Positions 51,184-64,000 of a DNA stretch of 64,000 bases are shown one piece after another; position 1 is the first letter of the stretch, and every line of letters begins with the position of its first letter. Position numbers and translations under genes: made by a program. This stretch comes from Octopus sinensis. Taxonomy: Eukaryota. The stretch lies in NCBI RefSeq assembly GCF_006345805.1, contig NC_042998.1, positions 82,522,001 through 82,586,000 of the forward strand. The letters are read 5' to 3'. Under the pieces are notes generated by a model that was not told where the DNA came from, did not search any database, and saw only the letters and a program-made list of their open reading frames with translations.

Positions 51184-52330
51184 AAACCAAGGAAATGGAC
51201 ATTTTCCTTAAACAACGAAAAAATAGAGTACAGACATACAAAACAAGGAGAATTACCCTTCTTCAGTCGTCTTTGTTTCATCTACTCCACGTTCCGAAGG
51301 TCAAGGTGATACATGACTTTAATGAAACTTTCCTTCCCGCGAAAATCAAATTAAATAAAATTTGAGATGTTTTTGCGGAGGGGTAAAAATGGTAATAAAA
51401 ACAGGACAGAAACGACAGTACAAAATATAAACAGTAAAAGACAGGACACGGAGAATAACAGTAACACAAACAAGAAGGGCTGTTAAGCCGAACGAGATAA
51501 AAAATTTTACGAACGCTATTTTTTGAGAACGGCGAGGGAGCAATAGATTTGCCGTCTCTACTTGAAGGTAGCCAGGAGAAGAAAGACAGTAGTAGCCTTC
51601 TCATCACGTGTCCTCGACAGGAGGGAGGGAGGAGGAGGAGGAGTAAGAGAAAGGGAGAGAAAAAAAGGGAATGGTTCTAGAGAAAAGAATGAAGAATGAG
51701 AGAGAGAAAGGGAGAGACAGTAAGGTAGAAGAAAAGGAAAGCCAAAAGAATGAAGGCTGAGAAAGGGAGGAGGAGAGAAATGTTAAGAGTGCGCATCATT
51801 ATTAATATTAAGATCAATCTTACTTAGAAATGGATGCGTGCGTTCCGTCATATAATAAATTAATAAATAAACAAAACATTTTCTTTTAAATTCTAGTTTT
51901 AGCTCAGAGCTACGGTCATGCTGATGCACCGCCGTTTTGTGCTACACTGTTATTGCGAAGAACCTCGTCTAATATGTGGCACTTGGTGAAGAATGGAGTT
52001 TGATATAGCTACTCTCATTTGCACCTCTTGCTGTGAGGTAGGTTCATCTGGGACTCTCGACAGGAAGATGTCCAGCTTTGATTTAAAAATCGCTACATCT
52101 ACTTTGTGCAAGTTCCTCAGACTCTTTGGGAGAATATTAAAAAGATGTGGGCCCTTGAAACCCAGGCTGTTGCAGAAGCTGGTCCTGAAGCGTGATGGCA
52201 TTGCTGGGATCTTTGGCACTACGCAGTGTCGTCCCGTTCTAGCATTGGTGTAGCTTACAATGCCAAATATATACATACATATATGTACTTACCTACCTCT
52301 ACATGTATATATACATGCATATATGGGTAC
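51184..52330 (-). mobile_element. diverged inverted copy of the 47163 element, interrupted by a LINE 3' fragment
   Basis: shared blocks taagtaagattg, ttaacagcccttct, gtagatgaaac, cgactgaagaaggg, ttccttggttt, gtagaggtaggta. Confidence 0.7.
51880..52262 (-). mobile_element. CR1/L2-group LINE 3' end (ORF2 C-terminus + tail)
   Basis: NSLGFKGPHLFNILPKSLRNL..VDVAIFKSKLDIFLSRVPDEP...SNSILHQ; tail ggcggtgcatcagcatgaccgtagctctgagctaaaactag. Confidence 0.85.
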
Positions 52331-53313
52331 ATATATATATATACATATATATCCTTTCCTCTCTCTCTTGCTTTTTCTTACTCTGTATCTATGTATATAT
52401 CTATATAAATCGATAAATAGATAGATTGATAGAGAGAGAGAAAGAGAGAGAGAGACAGAGTCAAACAGTCAGATAGATAGACAGGCAAGCATCTGGATAT
52501 ATACATAGATACACAGAAATAAATAAATACATATACATACATATACATAAGTAATATTCGTAGCCACTTTAACATAGCTGTCCGTTCGAGCGGACTCTAC
52601 AGCCATATTTTAACCCTTCTAGCTGGTTAATGATGCGCAGTTGCATCCGATAAAATTGCGAGCAGGGGAGCGAACCCCTACTATTTCCTAACGACGGGAC
52701 CAGTAGACCAGTACTGGTTTCGGGTTATTTCTGACACTCCTCAGTGCCAGAAATGAAAGCCGCGCGCCTCTGCAGGCAATATATATGTTTCAAGCCAACA
52801 AACAGTTGCTCATTTTGCAACAAGCAAAAATGCTAGTTCTAACATCTCTCTAAGATATCGAAGCAGCAGATGGACTGACAAGAAATATTTGTAGCCACAT
52901 TAACATGGTTGTCTGCTCCAGCGGCCTCTACTGCGGTTTTTTAACCCGAAGAGGACATCTCCTCTAGCTGGTTAACGATACACAGTTGCATCTCGCTTGT
53001 CGTAGGGAGGGAACCTGCCTTATCAGCCGTCAGAAAAGTACTCTCACGTAGCTAAGAGTTGTTTTGCTTCTTATTTCTAGTACAGATGTACTTACTGCCT
53101 ATTGGTTCTAAATTGCGAATAACCACTGTAATATTTTATAATTCTCACTTCACCATTTTCGACATCAGTCGATGTTTCCTATGGTGCTCCTTCGTACCCT
53201 CTGTCACTTTAGTGACAACTGTACTTGTTGCCTTTGTGTGTGTGCGTATGTGTGTGTGTGTGACTGTGTGTGTGTATGTGTGCGTGTGTGTGGGGGCGTG
53301 TGTGTGTATACGT

Positions 53314-53404
<91 letters not shown>

Positions 53405-53702
53405 CAGAGACTAAATACATCCAGAAGATAACCACACATGTACAATCATAGATACATTTATATATTCACAAATAGATTTGTTTTGACAAAGAGTACAAAA
53501 AATACAGAAAACTAAAGGGAAAATATGTATTTTTTTTAACTCGACAGCTGTTTATGGGAGGTCGCAATTATGTAATAGTTGTAATGTATACAATTAACAA
53601 AATGGAATTTACAAAACCTCATGGATATGCAACCAGTAGATGGAGACAGATATATTATTGTCATACCGGCTTCCTTCGTCAACAAGGGAAAATTGGCAAC
53701 TA

Positions 53703-54992
53703 CGAGGGGCGTTCAATAAGTAATGCCCCTGACCCACTTCCCATAGCAGTAGAGCAACGAAACTTGGCACAGTTATTAGTCTTTTTTACATAGGAACCAC
53801 CCAGAGTTACGCATTTCTCCCATCGTTTAATGCGGCTCTGGAGACCGTTTTTGTAGAAGAAACCAGCTTGGTCCTCCAACCTCAACGTGACTTCAGAAAT
53901 CAAGGCTGCATCATCTGGGAAACGCTTTCCTTTCAAAAACAACTTCATGATTGGGAAGAGGTGAAAATGAGAGGGTGCAAGGTCAGGAAAGTAGGGGGGA
54001 TTGGAGGAGTTCATAGCCATATGCCTGTGCTTCTGATCTGGCGACAAGCGAGTTGTGGACCGGAGCGTTGTCCTGCAGGAGGAGGATGCCTTTGCTGATC
54101 TTGCCCCGCCTCTTGATTTTGATAACTTCTCTTAATTTCCTCAAAAGTGAAGCATAATAGGCTCCTGCAATTGTGGTACCCTTTGCCAGGAAATCTGTCA
54201 TCACTACTCCGTCCAGGTCCCAGAAGACTGTGAGCATGACCTTGCCAGCGGAGGGCTGCACCCTTGCCTTCTTTGGAGGGGGTGAGTCACGGTGCTTCCA
54301 CTACATTGACTGGGATTTGGTCTCTGGATCATCGTGATGGACCCAGGTTTCATCCTGTGTAATCAGTCTTTTGAAAAATTTTGACTCATCTTCTTGTCAC
54401 ATCTCCAAATTCACCCTCGAGCACTCGACGCGTTCTTGCTTCTGGAAAGGCGTTAGCAGCCTGGGAATCCATCTGGCAGACACCTTTTGCATATGCAAAT
54501 TGTCATGAATGATAGTTTCCACAGACGCGGTACTAATCTTGACCTCATGGGCTATTTGGCGAATAATTATGCGTCGATCTTCCAAAATGGCAGCCTCAAC
54601 TTGACGGACAGATGCCTCATCAATGGCAGAAGGGGGCGACCAGATCTGGGAGCTGTTTCCACAGAGTTCCGACCATGTTTGGATTCACGATGCCAGCGTT
54701 TTACAGGGTCATATGATGGGGCATCATCACCATAAGTTACTTTCATTTCATCAAAAGTCTCCCGTGGTGTGCGTCCTTTCAAATACAAAAACCGGATCAC
54801 TGCTCGACACTCAACAGGCTCCATTTCACACTTGACTCGGTTCAAACACCTGTAAATCAAAAAACCACAATTAATTCAGAGCTGTAATTTGCAACTTACT
54901 CTATAGAGATATAAATGATTGCACATGCAAAATTTCAGCTAGATCAAACAACTGCAAGTGGGTCAGACGCATTACTTATTGAACGTCCCTCG
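53703..54992 (-). mobile_element. full-length (1290 bp) mariner transposon, inactive, irritans-like
   Basis: TIRs cgaggggcgttcaataagtaatgc / gcattacttattgaacgtccctcg with TA on both sides; MEPVECRAVIRFLYLKG, ITQDETW, LLQDNAPVH, YFPDLAPSH; frameshifts and stops. Confidence 0.95.
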
Positions 54993-55293
54993 TAGCAGTT
55001 CTTATCGTGGTGCGAAAGATTTAAAGATCGAGTTAAAAATGGTATGCATCCTCCTTTTGTTTTCTGTATTTTTTATGTACCATCTAAAAGTAAGTTTATC
55101 TTTAAATATATATGTAAATATCTCTATGCTTTTATGTGTGTGTTTATTTTTTGAAGCGCCTCATATATATATATTAATCAGCCGAAATTGCGAGGATGAT
55201 CCGGTTCTTGACTGAAGATTAGAGGCTCAAATGAACCGTCCGTTTTTTGTGTCGTCTATTTGAATGTTTTGCGTTTTTGTCCCATTTTGTATT

Positions 55294-55376
<83 letters not shown>

Positions 55377-55391
55377 ATATATATATATAAT

Positions 55392-55442
<51 letters not shown>

Positions 55443-55989
55443 TATATATGTGTGTGTGTGTGTATGTATATAAATACATAAATATATCATTGGAATAAAG
55501 ATACAGCATGGTCTGGTTTTCACGTTTTTTATTAATGTATTTAAATATTTTTTGCAATGTTGAAGGCTGTCAAACATTAAAAAAAGACATTTAGTAATGT
55601 TCATAAAGTTCAATTAGCGCTGTCATACTGTTCGAAGTAATCATCAGATTTCAAAATGTATTTAACTGACAGATGAGTTGAGTACTTGACAACTGTAGTA
55701 AAATGACTGACTTCTTCCTTTTTATACTTTTAGAAGACTCCGACAAGCTGAATATTTTGGATATGGTTTTTACCCATTAACATACAGCTTAAACGTCACG
55801 GTTTGCGGTTGCAATAATAATACTGGCATAGATTCTACCTTTATTTTAACCGATTAGCTTGTGGTTTACATGTAATGGTTTTATGAGTGAGCAAACCTAA
55901 TTGGCTTCGATCGTTTTTATTTCATTCGGTGGGAGTCTTCTGTAATATTTTATATTCGTATGTTAATGATATTTTAAAATCCACATCAT

Positions 55990-56440
55990 TAATTGGTTGT
56001 TATATTATTATTGTTATTTCCGTTCAGAACAGGTCTGGACATTTTAATGAAATGTCTTTCTTCTAACCTCGCTTGTGTCATGTAGTTTCTGGAAAGGAAA
56101 AATTAGAAACATTTTCTGACCAGATATTTCTGTATGTACGCTCAATGGAATTTGGCGAACATTAGTGTTCCGGATTTGTTGTCTTAGAACTCGCGAGCGT
56201 TCCGATAATGCATCCCCTGTCTCGCTAATCTATAGTTTCTCGCAATTAGGGCATTTAATGCAGTAGATCAAATTTTGCTTTTGCAGTTCATATCTGCATT
56301 TGTGAAAATCTGTCCATTTTGTGTTCTAATGAATCTACCGGTATGCCTGTATTGACACGTTCCACATCTGTTATCATTACACTTGGATACTGTGATATGA
56401 GAATATTCTCTGTCTTAAAAGACTCATATACGATCCTGAA
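55990..56440 (-). mobile_element. Penelope-like element 3' relic (GIY-YIG)
   Basis: hand translation of the minus strand: KCNDNRCGTCQY...ADMNCKSK/LIYCIKCPNCEKL.ISETGDALSER...HFIKMSRPVLN, with frameshifts. Confidence 0.75.
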
Positions 56441-56759
56441 CTTTTATAAGAGTTAAGGTTCATGTAGTAACTTAACGCAAATTTGAACTCAAAAAGTATT
56501 CGCAAATTAAGAGGGGGTATACTGATAAGTTAAACCTTGTATATAATTAGTGGTTTGTATAAATGTAGTTTGATTGTCTATATATTTATGGTTATGCATG
56601 AGATACTGAAAATGCTTGAGAAATAAAATGTACTTAACTATTTAAAACCTGAAACGCTGGATAATTAAATCAACGAATTGAAATAATGAGTTTTAGCAAA
56701 TGAAAACGATTCATATTGAAACGCTGAATTAGCATATGCTAATGAGATTACCGTTAATA

Positions 56760-57252
56760 AGAGGTCTGTTTATACCCATGAAATTTTTCGTCGAATTTTG
56801 GCATTTTTCATCAAATTGAAATATCTATCAATGGGTAGGACCAATATGACGAAAAAATTACCAGTGCCTGGTAGTGAACGAGTGTTATCATTATTTTTGT
56901 GCAAGTGCGTAAAAGAATTTATTCGTCTCGACCCATCCTTAGCACATATTCCATCTGTGTATAAAATATCAATAAAATCGGTTGAAAACTTTAAAAGTTA
57001 TGGCAGAAAATAACATTCATATGAGTATTTGCCTTGAAATGACCTACTGATTTTTGAAAAATCAATGCTGATTAAAAATTATCGATTGTTTTTAAAATTC
57101 CAAGTGCGTTAGTGACCGTATGGGCATAATTCCACGCACGTGTCAAGTTTCACCAAGACCGGTTGGATAGTTTCGGAGAAATTAAAGTAACAAATTCACA
57201 AACACACACACACAGACCCACAAAGAGACAGAAATTGCCATTTATGCTTATA
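56760..57252 (+). mobile_element. Helitron/Helentron-type non-autonomous relic (DINE-1/HINE-like)
   Basis: caagtttcaccaagaccggttggatagtttcggag, then acaaacacacacacacagac microsatellite, then atttatgcttatag end; resembles the 3' module of these elements. Confidence 0.5.
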
Positions 57253-58639
57253 GCTACACGCACATTCATATGTGTGCTTATGTATCTGTATGTATGACTG
57301 AGTGTCTATGCTTTTATTTTTGCAGTGGCGTTAGAAAGGACATTCTTTAATAATCCGTGTGAGAGATCAACAGGAGCGGTTGATAGAAGAAAAGATGGAC
57401 GGGCAGTGTCAAAGAATGGACTGGTAAATTATTATTAGAGATTTTAACTTTCGTACACTCACCACCTCCATATTTACCACCATAATCAATCAATACCCTC
57501 TCCTTATCTACCATTCTTACCCAACTCCCCTTCTGTATATGTTCTTCGCTGTGGATATCGTTATATAAAGAACTTTACCCTTACAACAAATTAAGTCCCT
57601 GATGTGCCTTCAGGTGAAACAAAATATTTATTCATTATTTATGACAAAATCTGTATCACTGTATATATGTGTGTGTGTTGTGTATGGGTGTAAAGTAGAT
57701 TCGTCAAAGAGGTATAAACTTATTTGCACATTAGCATTGTGATACCATATTTCAAAAGGATAACATAAAACTCTTGACTCCTTAAGTTTGTAGGCCTCTG
57801 TTTCGTCAATTTGCATAGCAACAACTGCTACTTACATGTCACTTGAAATTTTAGCACGAAGCCAGCAATTTAAGTGGAGGGTGAAAATCGATTATAAAGA
57901 CCCCAATGCTGAACTAGCAATTATGTTTTCCACCTCGGCGGAATTTCGAATCAGAATGGAATTTAGAGTCAGAAGTGGGAAGACGCCACAAAGTATCGAC
58001 TCTGGCAGGCTCCTTTACTGCTATGTATATTAACTTTATTATGACAGGGAAATTCCCGTATAACCCAGTGGTATAACATGAATGTGTTTAACGTTGTACA
58101 ACTAGTGGGGAAAAATTATGCGATATAAATATACATATGTAAAAGGAAAAAAGGAAAATAGAGCTAATTTAGTCATACAAAATAATTTTATCATTTTGGT
58201 TGCTATTCTCGTCTATCAAGAAATAATTCCAGAACATTAAAAACAGGAAGCTAGAATATATAATATTTAATGCAGATTGAATCAGGAACTTCTATTGTAA
58301 CATAGATATTGCAACCTTAAAAAAGAGAAAAAATATTTCGGCATAGCAACAGATCTAGATTAAAAGACAAGAACTAGAATTTAATCAATATATATCATTG
58401 TAGGGAACGGCAGAGCTTAAAACGTCATGAAATAAGGGGAAAATACTTGTAGCTTGTCGCTTATCTATGCCCACATTAATTGCAACACACACACATATAT
58501 ATATATATCAAAAAATGAGTAGAATGGCCTTTTGTGGGGATAAATTTTAAATAAAGATTACCTCCCCCCACGTAAAAAATGCCATCTCTACTCATTTTTT
58601 CAATACTGTACCAATAATTTCCTTTTTACTATTCTACCA

Positions 58640-58686
<47 letters not shown>

Positions 58687-58803
58687 GTGTGTGTGTGTGT
58701 GTGCGTGTGTGTGTGTGTGTGTGTCTGTGTGTGTGTGTGTGTGTATATACATGTATGTATATATATATACATGTATGTATGTATGTGTATTGGCGAGTTA
58801 CAG

Positions 58804-58925
58804 CAGTGTTTCTCAACCATTTTACCCTTAAAATAGATTACATGTCTCAAAGAACCCCTGCACACACAAAAAACGATATACTATATCTTTCTCGTATTTT
58901 TTCATCGCAGTTCATGTGGCAAATA

Positions 58926-58978
<53 letters not shown>

Positions 58979-59011
58979 TATAGGATATATATATATATAT
59001 ATATACAGTAC

Positions 59012-59072
<61 letters not shown>

Positions 59073-59145
59073 ATATCATATATAATATTATATATATACA
59101 TAATATATACACATACATACATACATACATATGATACCATATATA

Positions 59146-59201
<56 letters not shown>

Positions 59202-59555
59202 CGCAGAAGTGGTTGTGTGGTAAGTAGCTTGCTTACCAACCACATGGTTCCGGGTTCATTCCCACTGCGTGGCACTTGGGCAGTGTCTTCTACTATAGTC
59301 TCGGACCGACCAAATCTCTGTGAGTGGATTTAGTAGACAGAAACTGAAATAAGTAAAAGAGATTATATATATATGGTTATACATTTTTGATAACATAATA
59401 GGTTAGATAGGATGATATCTATATTACAATATTACAGTAACCAACAACATGTTGTGCAGATATAGTAATATTACAATCACGAAATTAGCATTAACCTATA
59501 TCACTCTTTCTCGCGGAACCTTACGGTTCCGGGGAACCCCGGTTGAGAAACGCTA
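58804..59555. mobile_element. hAT-type MITE with nested (TA)n and SINE head
   Basis: TIRs cagtgtttctcaacc / ggttgagaaacgcta; 8-bp flanks agttacag / aattacag (7/8 match, TSD). Confidence 0.8.
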
Positions 59556-59699
59556 AATTACAGGATTCGTTAGAATCTAGGCATATTCAAGAGGTAGGAC
59601 GGCGGGACTGGCTGGGTATTTAGTATTGAGATCAGAATAAAGTAAAACAATCATTAGTTCGTCAGTTCTTGATATTATACTCCAGGTATGTACACACGG

Positions 59700-60030
59700 G
59701 CACGCAGACCCACACAGAAATGATGCTCTCATCACACCGCAATACGAAGAGGAAGCTATTTCATCTCATCTGACTCTTCTCTTTTTAACGTCAATGCCAA
59801 CACACATAAAAGAAGGGAACGATAGAGCATTCACTCTGGCCCTGGATGAATATCTCCAAGAAATTTCAGATAAATCACCTACCCCCGAATATACCTCTGC
59901 AAATCATAACTCTATATTCTAATGGGCTATGGTACTGAAAGTATGACTGTTATATGAAACATCATTAAATAGTGCTATTTAGTTGGGCGATACCTGGACC
60001 AATTCTGGACGAATCTTACCTAAGTATCTT
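59700..60030 (+). mobile_element. CR1/L2-group LINE 3' fragment, second subfamily
   Basis: AFTLALDEYLQEISDKSPTPEYTSANHNSIF resembles the LD.FL..VPDEP...NS end at 51950. Confidence 0.55.
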
Positions 60031-60601
60031 TGTATGTGTGTGTGTATGTTTGTCTGTCTGTGTTTGTAGGCGTGTATGTGTTTGTACGCGTATGTGTATG
60101 AGTGCGCACACGTGTACAAACTGATATAGATGATATTAATCATCTTTATAACTTGAGAAAATCACATCCACTTACACAGACATACGTACAACAAAAGTAG
60201 ATATCCGTTTGTACTTTACGCTGCATAAATAGTAAACTTTCCGCAAACTATATCTACAACACTGGACAAATTCACTTGTGTCATTTAATCTCTGTTACTC
60301 AGAACTCGGTTAAATTCGGTAAATAATTTAGAAAGGCTAAGACCTATGTATATCATTTACTGTCACTTTCTTCTACCAAATTTTAAAATAAGCTCTCAAA
60401 TTAATTTTTTGCGAGGGGAAAGTCAGATTTAGCAAATGCAGTCAGCCCTGAATTTTAAGTTCCTTTCTGTTACATACATACATACATACCTAATGCCTCC
60501 ACAAAAAAAAACGAGGGAAAAACACAAGAAGAAAACAACAAAAATGCGACTACGTGGTACATGCAAAGTATTAACAGACGCTCAGGGAAGAACAGAAAAG
60601 T

Positions 60602-60638
60602 TGTTTTACGTTTCGAGCAAAGCTCCTCTTCAGAAACA
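60602..60638 (-). ncRNA. minimal type I hammerhead ribozyme (Penelope-type) in a ~230-bp insert within (TACA)n
   Basis: minus strand tgttt-CTGAAGA-g-gagc-ttt-gctc-GAAA-cg-TA-aaaca; intact core, 5-bp stem I, 4-bp stem II, palindromic ACGT stem III. Confidence 0.8.
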
Positions 60639-62329
60639 GGAGACAAGGGTAAGTCCAAGAGAAAAGGAAAACGGAGGGAAAAAATCGCCAACAATCCACA
60701 TGTAGTTACATTTTGGAATGACATACATACATACATACATACATACATACATACATACATACATACATACATACATACATACATACATAGTTCTTTATTC
60801 ACATTCGTACTTTTCAACGTTTCTGTGGACAAGAACAATAATTCTTCAATATGTTGAAGTCATCTGTCAATAATCTGTGATAATATAAGATTTTAGTTTT
60901 ACGAAGTCACCCAGAAGCTTATTCAAAAGTAACCATGTTTTCCGTCATTCTTGTCATGTTCCACATACATGAGTTACACTCGAATGTATAAACTCTCTTT
61001 CTCAACTAACGGTCAAATTATTGATCCAGTTTAAATCTAAAATTACAGATACCTAGTTTCCTATAGCTTACAGGGTTTTTGTCTGAAAACATGCCATTTA
61101 CAACTATTTGTACAAAATCCATACACTGTAGCTAGATTATCATTCTAATGTCACAATCTACATAGGAAACAGACAAATGTTAGCATGTGTTTACTCCTAA
61201 AAGCAAGGTTGATCGATCAAACAGATTTGGTGATGTATACAATTCTAAATAACACTTAATGTTGAAACTGCTACGCAAAAAGTAATGCCATTGTATATAA
61301 CCTCCTTACATCAATTTATTCACCTATAACGCTACACACACACATAGTACACACGCATACACCCACACTCACATTCACATACATATACACATATAAATCT
61401 TCATGCATAATATTTGCACATATACATACACAACATACAAACATTCCTACATTGTCACATAGTTGCACACATATTTACAAACTTTCATACATACATAAGG
61501 ATCAGTATGCAGCAATAATCATTGTTGTTATCCAAATTTTAGAGATAGAAGTTTTGTTAGAAAATGGGTCCTCTTCAAGAAAGAACACAAATACATAAAA
61601 GGAACGCCATACATGTAAACGTACAGGCATAGATGCAAGTGTACAGACACACATCTGCAAGTGTAAATACACATAGATTTATTCCAACAAACAAACGTAC
61701 TAACAGACATACATGATGCATACATACAGACATAAAAGGTGCACTCCGTCGGTTACGACGAGGGTCTCAGCTGATACGATCAACGGAACAGCTTACTCCT
61801 GGAATTAACGTGCAAGTGGCTGAGCATTCCACAGACAGGTGTACCTTTAACTTATTTCTCAGTGAGATTCAGCGTGACACAGAGTATTACAAGGCTGGCC
61901 CTTTGAAATACAGGTACTACTCCTTTTCCCAGCTTAGAGGACTGGAGCAACGTGAAATAAAATGTCTTGCTCAAGGACACAACGCATCGCCGGGAATCGT
62001 ACTCACGACCTTACTATCGTGAGCCGAATGCCCTAACCACTAAGCACACGCCTTCACATACAGACATACATACACGCTGATACGAATATCTTTACGCATA
62101 TCAAAGACAAAGATGATAAGTACAGACAGCAGCTTCGAAATCTTCAGCTTCTATTCCGAGATTGTTAATTTGCATTTATGCTAATAGTAATTAGTGCACT
62201 TTATGTTGTTAGTAAATGCCCAAGTAATAATCTGGAAAAGCTAAGGTTAAAACAAAAATATTAAGAAAAACTGAAAAGAAATCTGTTAGCGAACACGCAC
62301 ATTATAAACATAATCTTAGGCGATGGAGT

Positions 62330-62810
<481 letters not shown>

Positions 62811-63100
62811 CTATAAAAATATGCAAGATTTTCTAAAATTCAAAATATAATATAGTATTCTATTAGCTACATTCCAAATGGGAAGAGCATGAAATAACGT
62901 GTGCTTGTATATATATATATATAAGTTATAGAGCGATAGTGTATAGATAAAGATAGATACGGTCAGTCTATAGGATGACACACGGTTGCACATCCACATA
63001 GCGCTTGGCTAAGCATTTTATGGAGTGAAACCCAGGGTTATCCCATAGACCAGTCATATCTGTCTTTTTCCGTCTGTCTTTCTCTCTCCCCCTCTCTCTC

Positions 63101-63196
<96 letters not shown>

Positions 63197-63197
<1 letters not shown>

Positions 63198-63430
63198 CTT
63201 TATTTAAAGCAGCAGAAAATTCAACAAAATCTGTTGCTCTGAGTTTCTCGTTGCCGTTCATCAGACAGTTTTTGTTAGAAAAAAACTGTCTGATGAACGG
63301 CAACTAGAAACTCAGAGTAACAGATTTGTTGAATTTTCTGCTGCTTTAAATAAAGCATATTACTCTACCACTGGTATTTGAGTACTCTTTTTTTCCACCT
63401 TGTTTCACATTTATGTGTTTACTCCGGTAT
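63197..63430. mobile_element. head-to-head palindrome (~80-bp arms) of an HHR-bearing repeat inside (TA)n
   Basis: arms ~63197-63273 and ~63281-63356; ctgt-CTGATGA-acggcaacta-GAAA-ctcagag-TA-acag at 63286-63323, mirrored at 63231-63268. Confidence 0.8.
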
Positions 63431-63431
63431 A

Positions 63432-63467
<36 letters not shown>

Positions 63468-63485
63468 GATGCAACTCTCACACAC

Positions 63486-63533
<48 letters not shown>

Positions 63534-63723
63534 ATATATATATATATGGAAGAAGTAAGAATGTAACTGAAAGCCTGAGAGTTTTGAACGTTGACACTTA
63601 TAAGTGCCAACGCACGAAATTCTCAGACATTGAGTCAATGCCGTTTCTAGGAAATATAATAAAAATATGCATGTACCCATATTTTGAGTTCTGTTTTTCC
63701 TGTTTGCACCAACATACCTATAT

Positions 63724-63770
<47 letters not shown>

Positions 63771-63773
<3 letters not shown>

Positions 63774-64000
63774 TGATTGATTGATTGATTGATTCTAGTT
63801 TCAGCTTATGAGCTGTGGCCATGCTGGGGCACCGCCATTTGGTGTTGCTACTTGGTTTCACTTCATGGAGGCTTTCTAGCAACTGCTATTTGGTGCATGA
63901 GAGAGTTCGATGCAGCTGCCCTCATCTGCCCCTCCTGCCGTGAAGTTGGTTCATCTGGGACACCTGACAGGAAGAGATCCAGCTTCATTTTAAAGACATC
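63771..64000 (-). mobile_element. CR1/L2-group LINE 3' end with (AATC)n tail, runs off the window
   Basis: DVFKMKLDLFLSGVPDEPTSRQEGQMRAAASNSLMHQ; tail ggcggtgccccagcatggccacagctcataagctgaaactag then (aatc)n. Confidence 0.9.

Overview
AT-rich, microsatellite-saturated animal genomic DNA with one 100-N scaffold gap (51084-51183). The SINE families and the 5S sequence look like a coleoid cephalopod, most likely Octopus (inference). I found no host protein-coding exon I can support. Nearly all ORF-track entries are microsatellite read-through or decayed transposon fragments. The window holds tRNA-derived SINEs, (TAA)n-embedded R4/Dong-type LINE pieces, an internally deleted RTE LINE, CR1/L2-group LINE 3' ends, a Ty3/Gypsy pol relic, a full-length decayed mariner, a hAT MITE, a Helitron-like relic and two Penelope-like (GIY-YIG) relics. 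The main signal is not in the ORF track: many type I hammerhead ribozyme (HHR) motifs from several unrelated non-coding repeat families. Most have a tiny self-complementary stem III, and most sit in or beside (TA)n/(TACA)n microsatellites. The largest is a young array of a ~545-bp unit (15147-17484) with five HHRs in tandem and head-to-head, resembling a retrozyme or Penelope pseudo-LTR. Also notable are a 5S rRNA copy fused to a LINE 3' tail, a tRNA-SINE with an HHR-like tail, and a GC-rich trihelix + CCCH ORF1-like segment behind 16 AT-rich tandem monomers. All RNA structures were paired by eye; none was computed or tested.
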